The notes under the pieces: generated by a model
Database searches by the model: none
Told to the model about the DNA's origin: nothing
Seen by the model: the letters and a program-made list of their open reading frames with translations, nothing else
From: Patescibacteria group bacterium
Lineage (GTDB): Bacteria; Patescibacteriota; Minisyncoccia; Phycocordibacterales; VMEP01
Reading direction: 5' to 3'
NCBI GenBank assembly: GCA_038065675.1
Contig: JBBTQM010000016.1
Location: forward strand, 1 to 50,144
DNA length: 50,144 nt
Translations under genes and position numbers: made by a program
In this document: positions 1-9,311 of the stretch, piece after piece
Layout of the letters: each line of letters opens with the position of its first letter
How positions within the stretch are numbered: the first letter of the stretch is position 1

Positions 1-2127
1 ATCATCGCGCACATCGACGCAGGCAAAACGACTACCTCAGAGCGTGTTCTCTACTACACTGGTTCCCAACACAAGATCGGAGAAGTGCACGAAGGAGAAA
101 CCACGACCGACTGGATGGAGCAGGAGCGTGAGCGCGGCATAACCATTACCGCCGCCGCCATAACTTGTTTTTGGTCGCCGACTTACCTGTCTGCGTTGCC
201 CGCACAGGCAGGCGACAAGGCGAACGAAAATCTCAAGCATCGTTTCAATATTATCGACACTCCCGGACACATTGACTTCACGATTGAAGTTAAACGCTCT
301 TTGCGTGTCTTGGACGGCGCGGTTGTCGTTTTTGACGGCGTTGCCGGCGTTGAGCCGCAATCGGAAACCAACTGGCGCTATGCCGATGAGGCCAGTGTTC
401 CCCGTGTTTGTTTCATTAATAAATTGGACCGCACAGGCGCGTCTTTCGAGCATTCGTACAAAACTATTCTTGAACGTCTTTCCAAAAAAGCGGTTCGCAT
501 GCAGATTCCCATCGGACTTGAAGACAAATTCGAGGGCGTGGTGGATCTCCTGCGCATGAAGGCGTACAAATTTGAAGGTGAAATGGGGCGCGACGTTGTT
601 GAGATTGAAATTCCTGAAAATCTCAACGCCGACGCCGAAAAATATCGCCACGAGCTGGTTGAAAAAATCGTTGAACAAGACGAAGCGGCAATGCATGAAT
701 ATTTGGAGGGTAAAACAATTGAATTCACGCGCCTGAAACAAATCATGAGAAAAGCGGTCATCTCAAACGAAATTTTCCCGGTTTTCGCCGGTTCGGCACT
801 TAAAAACAAAGGCGTTCAGCTCGTGCTCGACGCTGTCGTTGATTATTTGCCGAGCCCGATTGATATTCCTCCTACCAAGGGGCTCAATCCCGATACCGGA
901 GAAATAGAAATGCGGGCGGCGTCCGATTCGGAGCCGTTTTCCGCGCTTGCTTTTAAGCTCATGGCGGACCCATTCGTCGGACAACTTACTTTTTTCCGCG
1001 TTTATTCCGGAACTCTTGAAGCGGGGTCATACATTTTAAATACGAGAACGGGAAACAAGGAACGCATAGGCCGCATTCTCCAAATGCAGGCCAACGACAG
1101 GAAAGAAATTAAAAAAGTTTTCGCCGGAGAAATCGCCGCCGCGGTCGGGCTTAAAGACACAATCACTTCCGACACTCTCTGCGATGAAAATAATCCGATT
1201 ACACTTGAAAAAATCGTCATTCCGGAGCCGGTCATATCTCTCCGCATTGAACCGAAGACAAAAGCCGACCAGGAAAAAATGGGTATGGCTTTGGCGCGCC
1301 TTTCCCAGGAAGACCCGACATTTCGCATAACGACTGACGCCGAAACCGCCGAGACCGTTATCTGGGGTATGGGGGAACTCCATCTTGAAATAATCGTCGA
1401 CCGCATGAAAAGAGAATTCGGGGTGGAGACCTCCGTCGGCAAGCCGCAAGTCGCCTACAAAGAAACAATTACCGGTTCCGCGGAAGCGGAAGGAAAATAC
1501 ATCAAGCAGTCCGGAGGACGCGGACAGTACGGCCATGTCCGCATCAGAATCAAGCCGATGGAAAAAAATGTTGATCCGGAAGACGTGCCGAAAAACACAA
1601 AACGCTACGACCATTTCGAATTCGTAAACAATATAAAAGGAGGCGTAATCCCGAACGAATTTATTCCCGCGGTTGAAAAGGGGGTGCGCGAGGGGATGGA
1701 GCGCGGAGTGCTCGCTGGTTACCGCCTCGTCGATATTTCCTGCGAACTTTACGACGGTTCGTACCACGAAGTTGACTCATCAGAAGTCGCCTTCAAGGTT
1801 GCCGCCTCAATGGCTCTTCAGGATGCCGCCAACCGCGCGCGTCCTGTGATACTTGAACCGATTATGAAAGTGGAGGTTGTAACGCCGGACAAATTCATGG
1901 GTGACGTTACTGGGAATCTTTCCGGCAAGCGCGGACAAATTGAAGGAATGGAAGAACGCGGCATGAACAAGGCCATAAAAGCGCTCGTTCCTCTTTCCGA
2001 AATGTTCGGTTACGCGACATCAATGCGCTCCATGACCGAAGGCCGCGCTACATTCACTATGGAATTTGCAAATTACTCAATCGTTCCAAACAATGTTGCT
2101 CAAACTATAATTGAAGCAAGAAAATAA
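1..2127 (+). CDS. fusA: Translation elongation factor G, 5' end cut by window edge
   Basis: Frame 1 is open from nt 1 ([21 protein letters not shown]...), so the Met at 85 in the ORF track is internal. GTPase motifs [14 protein letters not shown] and NKLDR are present, then EF-G domains to the TAA at 2125-2127. Confidence 0.97.
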   Translation: MIAHIDAGKTTTSERVLYYTGSQHKIGEVHEGETTTDWMEQERERGITITAAAITCFWSPTYLSALPAQAGDKANENLKHRFNIIDTPGHIDFTIEVKRSLRVLDGAVVVFDGVAGVEPQSETNWRYADEASVPRVCFINKLDRTGASFEHSYKTILERLSKKAVRMQIPIGLEDKFEGVVDLLRMKAYKFEGEMGRDVVEIEIPENLNADAEKYRHELVEKIVEQDEAAMHEYLEGKTIEFTRLKQIMRKAVISNEIFPVFAGSALKNKGVQLVLDAVVDYLPSPIDIPPTKGLNPDTGEIEMRAASDSEPFSALAFKLMADPFVGQLTFFRVYSGTLEAGSYILNTRTGNKERIGRILQMQANDRKEIKKVFAGEIAAAVGLKDTITSDTLCDENNPITLEKIVIPEPVISLRIEPKTKADQEKMGMALARLSQEDPTFRITTDAETAETVIWGMGELHLEIIVDRMKREFGVETSVGKPQVAYKETITGSAEAEGKYIKQSGGRGQYGHVRIRIKPMEKNVDPEDVPKNTKRYDHFEFVNNIKGGVIPNEFIPAVEKGVREGMERGVLAGYRLVDISCELYDGSYHEVDSSEVAFKVAASMALQDAANRARPVILEPIMKVEVVTPDKFMGDVTGNLSGKRGQIEGMEERGMNKAIKALVPLSEMFGYATSMRSMTEGRATFTMEFANYSIVPNNVAQTIIEARK

Positions 2128-2154
2128 AAATCCAAGGGGAGTCCTTGGATTTTT
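2126..2154 (+). terminator. Intrinsic terminator hairpin after fusA (member of the CCAAGGGGAGYCCTTGG hairpin family)
   Basis: 12-bp stem AAAAATCCAAGG / CCTTGGATTTTT around loop GGAGT. It starts at the fusA stop and the 3' arm ends in a T-run. Confidence 0.7.
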
Positions 2155-2199
2155 AAAACAAAAACTCCCCTTCTACAAGCTCAGGGGAGTTTTTGTTTT
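2155..2199. terminator. Bidirectional terminator hairpin between convergent fusA and the DUF378-like gene
   Basis: Perfect 17-bp stem AAAACAAAAACTCCCCT / AGGGGAGTTTTTGTTTT with an 11-nt loop (2172-2182). A/T runs flank both sides. It overlaps the stop of the minus-strand gene. Confidence 0.7.
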
Positions 2200-2413
2200 A
2201 CATCGTTTGCCCGCTTTCGCAGGTTTTGCAAGCGGAGCGGTGCGTCGCCGCCTCAAAGACAGCGGCAAGTCCGACGAGTACATAAACAACGGTCTCAACC
2301 GTCGGCCATGAACCCAAAAGCATGTTGACTACATTCCACCCGAGCGCCGTTAGGCCCCAGTTGACGCCTCCGACGACGAGGAGAATGAAGGCAACCATGT
2401 GTAACGTTTTCAT
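2198..2413 (-). CDS. Small two-TM membrane protein, DUF378/YuzA-like
   Basis: I start the minus-strand ORF at the ATG at 2413 (MKTLHMVAFILLVVGGVNWGLTALGWNVV...) rather than 2455. It has two hydrophobic helices and a VGGxNWGL motif that I associate with DUF378 (recollection only). Confidence 0.7.
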   Translation of the reverse strand: MKTLHMVAFILLVVGGVNWGLTALGWNVVNMLLGSWPTVETVVYVLVGLAAVFEAATHRSACKTCESGQTM

Positions 2414-2523
2414 AGTACTTATATAGGTTACCTGATAATAGTGACTAATATGCATTATACCGCGCGGCGGCTTTTACAAAGCCGGGACTGTGAATATCGC
2501 TTTTTATGCCCGCGCCTCCATAT

Positions 2524-2551
2524 TTGACAACCTTTTTCGCTTTGCTATTAT
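2524..2551 (+). promoter_or_regulatory. Candidate sigma70-type promoter for tuf
   Basis: TTGACA (2524-2529), 16-nt spacer, TATTAT (2546-2551). A 13-bp hairpin (2620-2658, GGTAATCCTCCGG/CCGAAGGATTACC, one mismatch) lies in the resulting leader. Confidence 0.45.
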
Positions 2552-2673
2552 GTCCTGTACACGCATTAGTGCGTTCTTTTCTTTTTGGCTCGAAATATTA
2601 TAAGTTTTAACAAATTAGCGGTAATCCTCCGGCCGTCTCGTGCGCCGAAGGATTACCGGTAGCATTAATAAAA

Positions 2674-3876
2674 ATGGCAGAAGAATTTAAGAGAGATAAG
2701 CCCCACATAAACGTGGGCACCATCGGTCACGTTGACCATGGAAAGACGACCTTGACCGCGGCCATCCTCCACGTCCTTGATATGAATAAGGACAAGGGAT
2801 ACGGTGCCCGCGTTGAAGGAATAGACAATATTGACAACGCTCCGGAGGAAAAGGCGCGCGGTATTACCATTGCACTTCATCACTCGGAGTATTGGACGCC
2901 TGCCCGCCACTACGCCCACATTGACGCCCCGGGACACGCCGACTACATCAAAAACATGATTACCGGCGCGGCCCAAATGGACGGTGCAATTATCGTGGTA
3001 GCGGCGCCTGATGGCGTTATGCCCCAGACTCGCGAACACGTTCTCTTGGCGCGCCAGGTCGGCGTTCCCCGCATCGTCGTTTTCCTCAATAAGTGCGACA
3101 TGGTTGAGGACAAAGACCTTATTGACCTCGTAGAGGAGGAAGTGCGCGAGCTTCTCACGAAATACCAGTTTGACGGAGCTAACACTCCGATTATCCGCGG
3201 TTCCGGACTCAAGGCCCTTGAATCAAAGTCCGCGGACGATGAATGGGCAAAGAAAGTTCTTGAGCTCGTTAATACACTTGATTCACACATTCCCCAGCCG
3301 GAGCGCGAAGTTTCCAAGCCGTTCCTCATGCCTATTGAAGACATTTTCTCTATTGAAGGACGCGGCACGGTTGTAACCGGACGCATTGAGCGCGGGACCG
3401 TTAAAGTTGGCGAAGAAATTGAAATTGTAGGAATCAAGCCGACCGCAAAAACGACCGTTACCGGAATTGAAATGTTCAACAAACAGCTTCAGGAAGGCCT
3501 TGCGGGCGACAACGCCGGCATCCTTCTCCGCGGCACCAAGAAAGAGGACGTAACGCGCGGTCAGGTTATCGCCAAAACGGGCTCAGTTACTCCTCATACT
3601 GACTTTGACGCTGAAGTATACATATTGAAGAAGGAGGAAGGCGGACGCCACACCCCGTTCTTCAACGGCTACAAGCCGCAGTTCTACATCCGCACGACGG
3701 ACGTGACCGGCGAAGTTACTCTCCCTTCAGGCGTTGAAATGGTTATGCCGGGAGACACTATTACTTTCAAAGTAAAACTCGTCGCCCCGGTCGCGCTTGA
3801 GGAAAAACAGCGCTTCGCCATCCGCGAAGGAGGCAAGACTGTCGGCGCGGGAGTCGTAACGAAGATAAACGCGTAA
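2674..3876 (+). CDS. tuf: Translation elongation factor Tu
   Basis: 400 aa with [17 protein letters not shown] and NKCD motifs. Full-length EF-Tu architecture. Confidence 0.98.
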   Translation: MAEEFKRDKPHINVGTIGHVDHGKTTLTAAILHVLDMNKDKGYGARVEGIDNIDNAPEEKARGITIALHHSEYWTPARHYAHIDAPGHADYIKNMITGAAQMDGAIIVVAAPDGVMPQTREHVLLARQVGVPRIVVFLNKCDMVEDKDLIDLVEEEVRELLTKYQFDGANTPIIRGSGLKALESKSADDEWAKKVLELVNTLDSHIPQPEREVSKPFLMPIEDIFSIEGRGTVVTGRIERGTVKVGEEIEIVGIKPTAKTTVTGIEMFNKQLQEGLAGDNAGILLRGTKKEDVTRGQVIAKTGSVTPHTDFDAEVYILKKEEGGRHTPFFNGYKPQFYIRTTDVTGEVTLPSGVEMVMPGDTITFKVKLVAPVALEEKQRFAIREGGKTVGAGVVTKINA

Positions 3877-3964
3877 GCAAAAAACAATTAACTATTAACA
3901 AATAACAAGTAACCCGCCTGGGAATCGGTACAAGTTAATAGTTACAAGTGAAAAGTTAGTCCAC

Positions 3965-4336
3965 ATGGCTACAAAATCGACAACCAAAAAAGCTCCCGCG
4001 AAGAAAGCCGCGGCCAAGGCCGCGGAGGGGATACAACATCTGCGCATCCGTGTCCGCGCGTATGAAAATAAAGTGCTCGACCTTTCGGTTAAGCAAATTA
4101 TTGATACCGCTCTCCGCTATGACGCCAAAATTTTGGGGCCGATTCCGCTTCCGACCGAGATAAAAAAATATACGGTAAACCGCTCCTCGTTCATCTACAA
4201 AAACGCGCGCGAGCAGTTTGAGATGAGGATACACAAGCGCCTTATCGATATCGTGAACCCATCGGCGAAAGTGATTGAAGCTCTCACCAACCTATCCCTT
4301 CCTTCAGGGGTGGATATAGATGTGAAGATGATGTAA
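3965..4336 (+). CDS. rpsJ: 30S ribosomal protein S10 with Lys/Ala-rich N-terminal extension
   Basis: Core LRIRVRAYENKVLD...PIPLPTEIKKYTVNRS...HKRLIDIV is typical S10. About 20 extra N-terminal residues (MATKSTTKKAPAKKAAAKAAEG). Confidence 0.95.
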   Translation: MATKSTTKKAPAKKAAAKAAEGIQHLRIRVRAYENKVLDLSVKQIIDTALRYDAKILGPIPLPTEIKKYTVNRSSFIYKNAREQFEMRIHKRLIDIVNPSAKVIEALTNLSLPSGVDIDVKMM

Positions 4337-4343
4337 CAAAAAA

Positions 4344-4400
4344 ATCATTAATTTAAACAAAATCCCCGCTTTATGCGGGGCTTTTGTTTAAATTAATGAT
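4344..4400 (+). terminator. Long, near-perfect hairpin directly after rpsJ
   Basis: Outer arms ATCATTAATTTAAACAAAA (4344-4362) / TTTTGTTTAAATTAATGAT (4382-4400). Inner stem CCCCGC/GCGGGG, loop TTTAT, one mismatch. It sits where rpsJ normally runs straight into rplC. Confidence 0.65.
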
Positions 4401-4487
4401 TAAATTGACAAATATGTATTTTTATTATTAAATGCGGACAGAAAATCGACCTTTCGTCCAACTCGTACATCCAAGTCCAAGGGGGTT

Positions 4488-4676
4488 ATGATGAAGAAAA
4501 GTATTGCCGTTTTTCTCTTGGGGTTCGTTGCGGCCGTTTCCTTCGCCTTGATAGCTCACGATTTGAGCGGTCACGGAATGAAGGAGGAAACCAAGCACTG
4601 CGCTACGTTTAACATCGGTGAGGGGTACCTGCGCGTTTGCGTGGGAGAAGTCCAATACCTAAGGCCCCTCCAATAG
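4488..4676 (+). CDS. Small secreted/membrane-anchored hypothetical protein (62 aa)
   Basis: GGGGG Shine-Dalgarno-like run 4 nt upstream. N-terminal signal-like segment MMKKSIAVFLLGFVAAVSFALIA. No recognisable family. Confidence 0.5.
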   Translation: MMKKSIAVFLLGFVAAVSFALIAHDLSGHGMKEETKHCATFNIGEGYLRVCVGEVQYLRPLQ

Positions 4677-4709
4677 CGAAAGCCCCGTTTCTAACATTAA
4701 GGAGCGCAT

Positions 4710-4905
4710 ATGCCGAGAGTTCGGCTCGAGAAAATTCCCCAGGAAATTCAACAGCGATACAACATCGGCGAGGAAGTGGAGGCCGATGTCGGATTTGATG
4801 TCACGGCTGGGGGGAAGCTTCACCTTCCGAAACAAGAAAGGGAAAGAGGTGCATGTAGATGCAGTGGAGCTCTGCGGCACCCCTATCATGGTCCGCGACC
4901 TTTGA
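4710..4905 (+). pseudogene. Small AbrB/SpoVT-like protein gene with apparent frameshift in a G6 run
   Basis: Strong RBS (TAAGGAG, 5 nt, ATG). The N-terminus RVRLEKIPQEIQQRYNIGEEVEADV resembles AbrB-type swapped-hairpin domains. After the G6 run at 4809-4814 the annotated frame becomes Arg-rich junk and runs through the terminator. The other frame reads GGSFTFRNKKGKEVHVDAVELCGTPIMVRDL and stops at 4903-4905, 14 nt before the terminator. Confidence 0.4.
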
Positions 4906-4919
4906 ATGATTCCCGGTTG

Positions 4920-4943
4920 GCCCGCGCCTCGCGCGGGCTTTTT
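4920..4943 (+). terminator. Intrinsic terminator
   Basis: GCCCGCGC (4920-4927), loop CTC, GCGCGGGC (4931-4938), then TTTTT. Confidence 0.75.
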
Positions 4944-5053
4944 CTTTGACTTGTTTGCCACGCGTAATTGACAAATGGTGTTTGAAAATATAACCTAAGC
5001 AACGGACTTGATTCTTTGTCAATCGAGAAACCCTTAACCAAAAGGAGTACGCT

Positions 5054-6629
5054 ATGAGCCGTTTATTGAGGTCGTTGGGCGTTATTGCATTTATCTTTAT
5101 CGTCACCGCGTGTGGCGGCGGTGGCGGCGGGAATACGTCTCCCGCACCTGTCTCTGCCCCGCCGGCAACGTACAGTATTTCTGGCACTGCCGCTCCAGGC
5201 GCCACAATCGCCGCGAGCGGGTCGGCGACAGCAAGTGCGATCGCCGCGGCGCAGACGGGACATTCAGTTTGTCCGGTCTCGCTAACGGCGCCTACACCGT
5301 CACGCCGTCGCTCACGGGATATTCATTTACCCCGACGAGCATGGCGAAAACGGTGAATGGTGCAAATGTGACCGGGGTGAATTTCACCGCTACGGCAAAT
5401 CCCGTCGTCCCGCCGACTAAGTACACTATTTCCGGCAAGGTGAGCGGTGGGGCTGGCATAATCGTCACCTTAAGCCCCAGTGGTGCGACGGTGACGACTG
5501 GTACGGACGGGAGTTACGAGTTCTCTGTGGTAAACGGGGGCTATACCGTCACTGCTCCGGGCGCAACCCCAGTCTCTGTAACGGTGAATGGAGCAAATGA
5601 AACGGGTATAAACATCGCGACGCCCATGCCAATCACCACTTCGTTGCCAGCCGGTTATGTGGTTCAGGGCGGGCTGACCTGGATGCCGGTGACCTTCATT
5701 GTGCCGGTAACCTTCGGTTCGACTTTCTGGGCGGATGCTAATGCTTATTGCACCAATACCACCATCAATGGACAGACCGGTTGGCGCATGCCGACCAAAG
5801 ATGAGTTGTTGAGCCTAGCCAATTCCGGGGCGTTGAACGCGGTGAACGGCCAGTGGGTCTGGTACTACGTCTGGTCGTCTACGCCCTATCCAACGGGCGG
5901 TTACTACGTCGTTTACTTGGATCCCACCAGGATATTCAACGGCACCGTCGATGTGGGCAGGGACGCCAACTATGTGTCGTGTGTCCACCCCGGTATTGTC
6001 CCCGCCCCACTGGCATCAGCGCTACTGTTGGCAACGGGCAAGTCACCGTCAGTTGGAATGCAGTTACGGGAGCGACCTCTTACAACCTTTACAGGGCATC
6101 GATCTCCGGTATCACCAAGAGCAACTACAGTTCATTAACCGGTGGAGTAAAGGTTGCCGGAGTTACCTCTCCATACATCCAAACCAGCTTGGCCAATAGC
6201 ACGACCTACTATTTTGTGGTGACGGCGGTCAATGCCAACGGAGAGAGTAACGAATCGAATCAGGTCTCGGCAACACCGCAGGTTGCTCCGTTGCCAGCAG
6301 GTTATGTGATTCAGGGCGGCCTGATCTGGATGCCGGTAACGTTAAACTTCAACTGGGCGGATGCCAATGCCTATTGCACCAATACCACCATTAACGGCCG
6401 AGCTGGCTGGCGTCTACCGACGCTAACCGAAGCATATGCCTTTTCTGCATCGTTTTTTTCCATCGGGGGGTTTCGCAATTCGTTGTGGACGTCACCCTAC
6501 ATGCCCTACATCTGGACGTCGACACCCGCTAGTGTTGGGAGCCACTACTTCGCCGATATCGTCATCGGCGTTGGCGGCAGTTTCGATGCGCGCGACGTGA
6601 ACCAATTCGGAGTGACGTGTGTCCTTTAG
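5054..6629 (+). pseudogene. Multidomain surface lipoprotein (CarboxypepD_reg-like repeats, DUF1566, FN3, DUF1566) broken by two frameshifts
   Basis: Three overlapping ORFs (5054, 5110 and 5853 in the track) read as one protein. It starts with a lipobox signal (FIFIVTAC), then YSISGTAAPGATI.../ADGTFSLSGLANGAYTVTPSLTGYSF beta-sandwich repeats. Next come WADANAYCTNTTINGQTGWRMPTKDEL (DUF1566-like), PTGISATVGNGQVTVSWNAVTGATSYNLYRA...YYFVVTAVNANGES (FN3) and a second DUF1566-like domain. The frame changes near 5235-5250 and in a C-run region near 5985-6005. Confidence 0.75.
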
Positions 6630-6743
6630 AGCCTTGGTCTGTGGAATCTCTTCATTGAGCCTTTAGGTATCGATGGAATGGGTGCAGTAGTCTTCGGCCC
6701 TGCCGGATTCTAGCTCGCTTGATTGAGTTTGTAGTAATTAAGT

Positions 6744-6770
6744 GGCCATCGCGAAAGCGGTGGCCTTTTT
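6744..6770 (+). terminator. Intrinsic terminator
   Basis: GGCCATCGC, loop GAAA, GCGGTGGCC (one G-U), then TTTTT. Confidence 0.75.
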
Positions 6771-6772
6771 GT

Positions 6773-6801
6773 TTGACTTTGGATATTTTTTATGATATAA
6801 T
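6773..6801 (+). promoter_or_regulatory. Near-consensus sigma70 promoter with extended -10
   Basis: TTGACT (6773-6778), 17-nt spacer, TGaTATAAT (6793-6801). Confidence 0.7.
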
Positions 6802-6902
6802 TAAATAAGTTAATTCCTATTCGTATGGATAGGTCATTCCGAAAGGGATAAGAGGGAAGCTTCTAACCCTGAATTAGAAGCGTTCGTTGAAAGGATCAAG
6901 AT

Positions 6903-7220
6903 ATGTCCATCGTTTGGGAAGATTGGTCTCAAGTCGTGAATGGACCTTCCAAGTTCGACCTGATGGTGTCGTTGTTCGAATCTACGACACAGGCATTACA
7001 GCCGCGTCGAACCACGGAGTTCCAGGTGAAGCACAAGGACAAACCATCAACCATTCATCTGAAAGTTGCCGTTTCCCTTATACAGCGTGAAGATGGGTCA
7101 GGAGAGTCCTGGAACTTTGAAGGATACGCTCTTCCCTCGGGCAAGAGATTAAAAGGTTATTACTCTACCCGGACCAGAAAGGGCACCGTCAAATTCCACG
7201 ATAACGGACCGCTCGTATAA
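6903..7220 (+). CDS. Hypothetical protein (105 aa)
   Basis: Intact ORF between a consensus promoter and a terminator, with an AAAGGA RBS-like element 8 nt upstream. No motif I recognise. Confidence 0.6.
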   Translation: MSIVWEDWSQVVNGPSKFDLMVSLFESTTQALQPRRTTEFQVKHKDKPSTIHLKVAVSLIQREDGSGESWNFEGYALPSGKRLKGYYSTRTRKGTVKFHDNGPLV

Positions 7221-7232
7221 ATAAAAAAATAT

Positions 7233-7269
7233 AACCCGCCTGCAAAAAATCTGCCCCGGCGGGTTTTTT
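7233..7269 (+). terminator. Intrinsic terminator
   Basis: AACCCGCC (7233-7240) / GGCGGGTT (7258-7265), 17-nt loop, T-run to 7269. Confidence 0.65.
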
Positions 7270-7270
7270 G

Positions 7271-7298
7271 TTGCATTTTTTGTACCCCCGTGTATACT
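7271..7298 (+). promoter_or_regulatory. Candidate outward promoter re-driving rplC and downstream genes
   Basis: TTGCAT (7271-7276), 16-nt spacer, TATACT (7293-7298) preceded by TG. A terminator-like hairpin TCCGCAA/TTGCGGA plus T6 (7345-7377) lies in the leader and is a possible attenuator. Confidence 0.45.
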
Positions 7299-7378
7299 CG
7301 CTAAGTCAGATCTACGTCCCCGTAATGGGGGACCAATGGACCACTCCGCAAATAGGATGCTCCATTGCGGATTTTTTA

Positions 7379-7532
7379 GTAGAAAATAGCGAGGTATGCC
7401 GAGCATATTTTCTTAACCCCTCACTTGCATCGTAAGAGGGGGATAGTAAGTAAAATAAGTGAAGAAATAAATATTGTATAGCAAGTGAGGGGTAGCGATT
7501 TTTATAGTCGTTTTACTCCTTAAAAATCAGTC
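7379..7532. repeat. Compound-hairpin intergenic repeat, copy 1 (inverted relative to copies 2 and 3)
   Basis: Arms ACCCCTCACTTGC (7416-7428) / GCAAGTGAGGGGT (7481-7493) enclose 52 nt. The reverse complement of the right flank (GACTGATTTTTAAGGAGTAAAACGACTATAAAAATCGCTACCCC) aligns with the left flank of copy 2. Confidence 0.7.
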
Positions 7533-8156
7533 ATGAAATTTATCGTCGGAACAAAACAGAATATGACCCAATTTTTCGCCGAAGACGGGCGGGCGTTCGC
7601 CGGCACCGTGCTTAAGGTGGAGCCGATGGTCGTTGCACAGGTAAAAGGAAAAGAAAAAGACGGCTATTCGGCGGTTATGGTCGGTTTCGGCGGCGCTCAA
7701 AAAGTGGAAAGAGTTTCCAAGGCGGTGCGCGGGCATTTGAAAGAAATTGCTCCGACCAAGGGTCTTAAAGAATTCAGAGTTTCCGAGGAAGAAGCAAAGG
7801 CATTCGCGCGCGCGCAGTCGATTGACGTATCAATATTTAATCCGGGCGACATCGTTGAAGTTTCAGCCATAACCAAAGGCAAAGGTTTTCAGGGTGTGGT
7901 TAAGCGACATGGATTTGCCGGCGGCCCGAGAACTCACGGCCAGAAACACTCCGAACGCGAAGCCGGTTCTATCGGAGCTACATGGCCCCAGCGCGTTATA
8001 AAAAACAAGCGCATGCCCGGACGCATGGGCGGAGACCGCGTTACGATTAAAAACCTGCGCGTGTTGGGAGTTGATGCGGCCGCGAATCTTATTTTAATAT
8101 CGGGAGCCATTCCGGGCCGCCGCGGAACTTTCGTTGAAGTAAGGGGCAGGAATTAG
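7533..8156 (+). CDS. rplC: 50S ribosomal protein L3
   Basis: 207 aa. The KGKGFQGVVKRHGFAGGPRTHG motif and its operon position. Confidence 0.96.
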   Translation: MKFIVGTKQNMTQFFAEDGRAFAGTVLKVEPMVVAQVKGKEKDGYSAVMVGFGGAQKVERVSKAVRGHLKEIAPTKGLKEFRVSEEEAKAFARAQSIDVSIFNPGDIVEVSAITKGKGFQGVVKRHGFAGGPRTHGQKHSEREAGSIGATWPQRVIKNKRMPGRMGGDRVTIKNLRVLGVDAAANLILISGAIPGRRGTFVEVRGRN

Positions 8157-8181
8157 TTGGTAGGAATTAGGAATTAGAAAA

Positions 8182-8847
8182 ATGGAAACAAAAATTTACA
8201 ATCAGGAAGGAAAAGAATCCGGAGAAATTAATCTTCCGGAAAGTGTTTTCGGCGTGAAATGGAACGCGGACTTGATACATCAAGTTATCGTTTCAATGCA
8301 GTCCAACGTCCGCACCTCGACTGCCCACACCAAGGGGCGTTCGGATGTTCGTGGCGGAGGCAAGAAGCCATGGCAGCAGAAAGGAACCGGCCGAGCCCGC
8401 CACGGTTCGCGCAGAAGCCCGCTTTGGCGCGGCGGAGGCATTACTCACGGTCCGACCAGTGAGCGCAATTATGAAAAGAAAGTGAACAAAAAAATGGCGG
8501 CGAAAGCTCTCGCGGCGCTTCTTTCGGAAAAATTAAAGAGCGGGCGCGTTATTTTTGTCGACAGCATTTCGTTTTCTGCCGCGAAAACCAAAGAAGCGGC
8601 GAAAACATTAAGCGCCATTTCAAAAGTAAAAGGATTTGAAACGCTGTCCATGAAGAAAAGCGGGAACGTTTACTTTGTTTTGCCGAAAAAGGACGACAAA
8701 GCAGTCCGCGCTTTCAAGAATCTTCCTCAAGTTGAGACCGGGGAAGCGAGGAATTTAAACGCGCTTGATTTGGTTACGCACCGCTACATTGTCGTTGCGG
8801 AGCCGAAAGAATCCGTGGCGATTCTTGAAAAGAGAGTCACAAAATAA
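8182..8847 (+). CDS. rplD: 50S ribosomal protein L4
   Basis: 221 aa. RGGGKKPWQQKGTGRARHGSRRSPLWRGGG motif. Confidence 0.96.
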   Translation: METKIYNQEGKESGEINLPESVFGVKWNADLIHQVIVSMQSNVRTSTAHTKGRSDVRGGGKKPWQQKGTGRARHGSRRSPLWRGGGITHGPTSERNYEKKVNKKMAAKALAALLSEKLKSGRVIFVDSISFSAAKTKEAAKTLSAISKVKGFETLSMKKSGNVYFVLPKKDDKAVRAFKNLPQVETGEARNLNALDLVTHRYIVVAEPKESVAILEKRVTK

Positions 8848-8891
8848 AAACTTGTCCCGTTAGAGGCCGTGAACGCGTAGTTATAATCAAA

Positions 8892-9275
8892 ATGAAAAAC
8901 TTAAAAAATTTAAAAAAAATAAAATCTTCTGTAGCGGGGCGTTCGCGCATTGTCTCTAATGGGATGGCAACAAAATCTGCAAAAATAAATACAGTTCCGG
9001 AATCGCTCTCAGGCGTTTTGCTCCGCCCGCGCATTACGGAGAAAGCGACTATGTTGGGCGAGAAAAACGTCTACACCTTTGATGTTTCTCCGCGCGCCAA
9101 TAAAGACATGGTCGCCCGCGCCGTTAAAGCTGTTTACGGGATGACGCCGATTCGGGTTAATATTTCTCAGATTAAACCGAAGGCGATTTTCGTTCGCGGG
9201 AAGATGGGGACAAAAGGCGGCGGGAAGAAAGCCATGGTGTATTTAAAAAAAGGAGATAAGATAGAGTTTGTGTAA
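8892..9275 (+). CDS. rplW: 50S ribosomal protein L23 (start uncertain)
   Basis: Core LLRPRITEKATMLGEKNVYTFDV... is L23. The first 24 codons are low-complexity (MKNLKNLKKIK...). An alternative ATG at 8964 would give a typical 103-aa L23. Confidence 0.9.
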   Translation: MKNLKNLKKIKSSVAGRSRIVSNGMATKSAKINTVPESLSGVLLRPRITEKATMLGEKNVYTFDVSPRANKDMVARAVKAVYGMTPIRVNISQIKPKAIFVRGKMGTKGGGKKAMVYLKKGDKIEFV

Positions 9276-9311
9276 ATATAACCTACAACCAACGACAAAC
9301 AACCAACAAAA

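Noticed and set aside
2620-2658. Hairpin upstream of tuf, considered as a possible tRNA because tRNA genes often precede tuf.
   Set aside because: It is a single 13-bp stem-loop with no cloverleaf and no T-loop or D-loop motifs.
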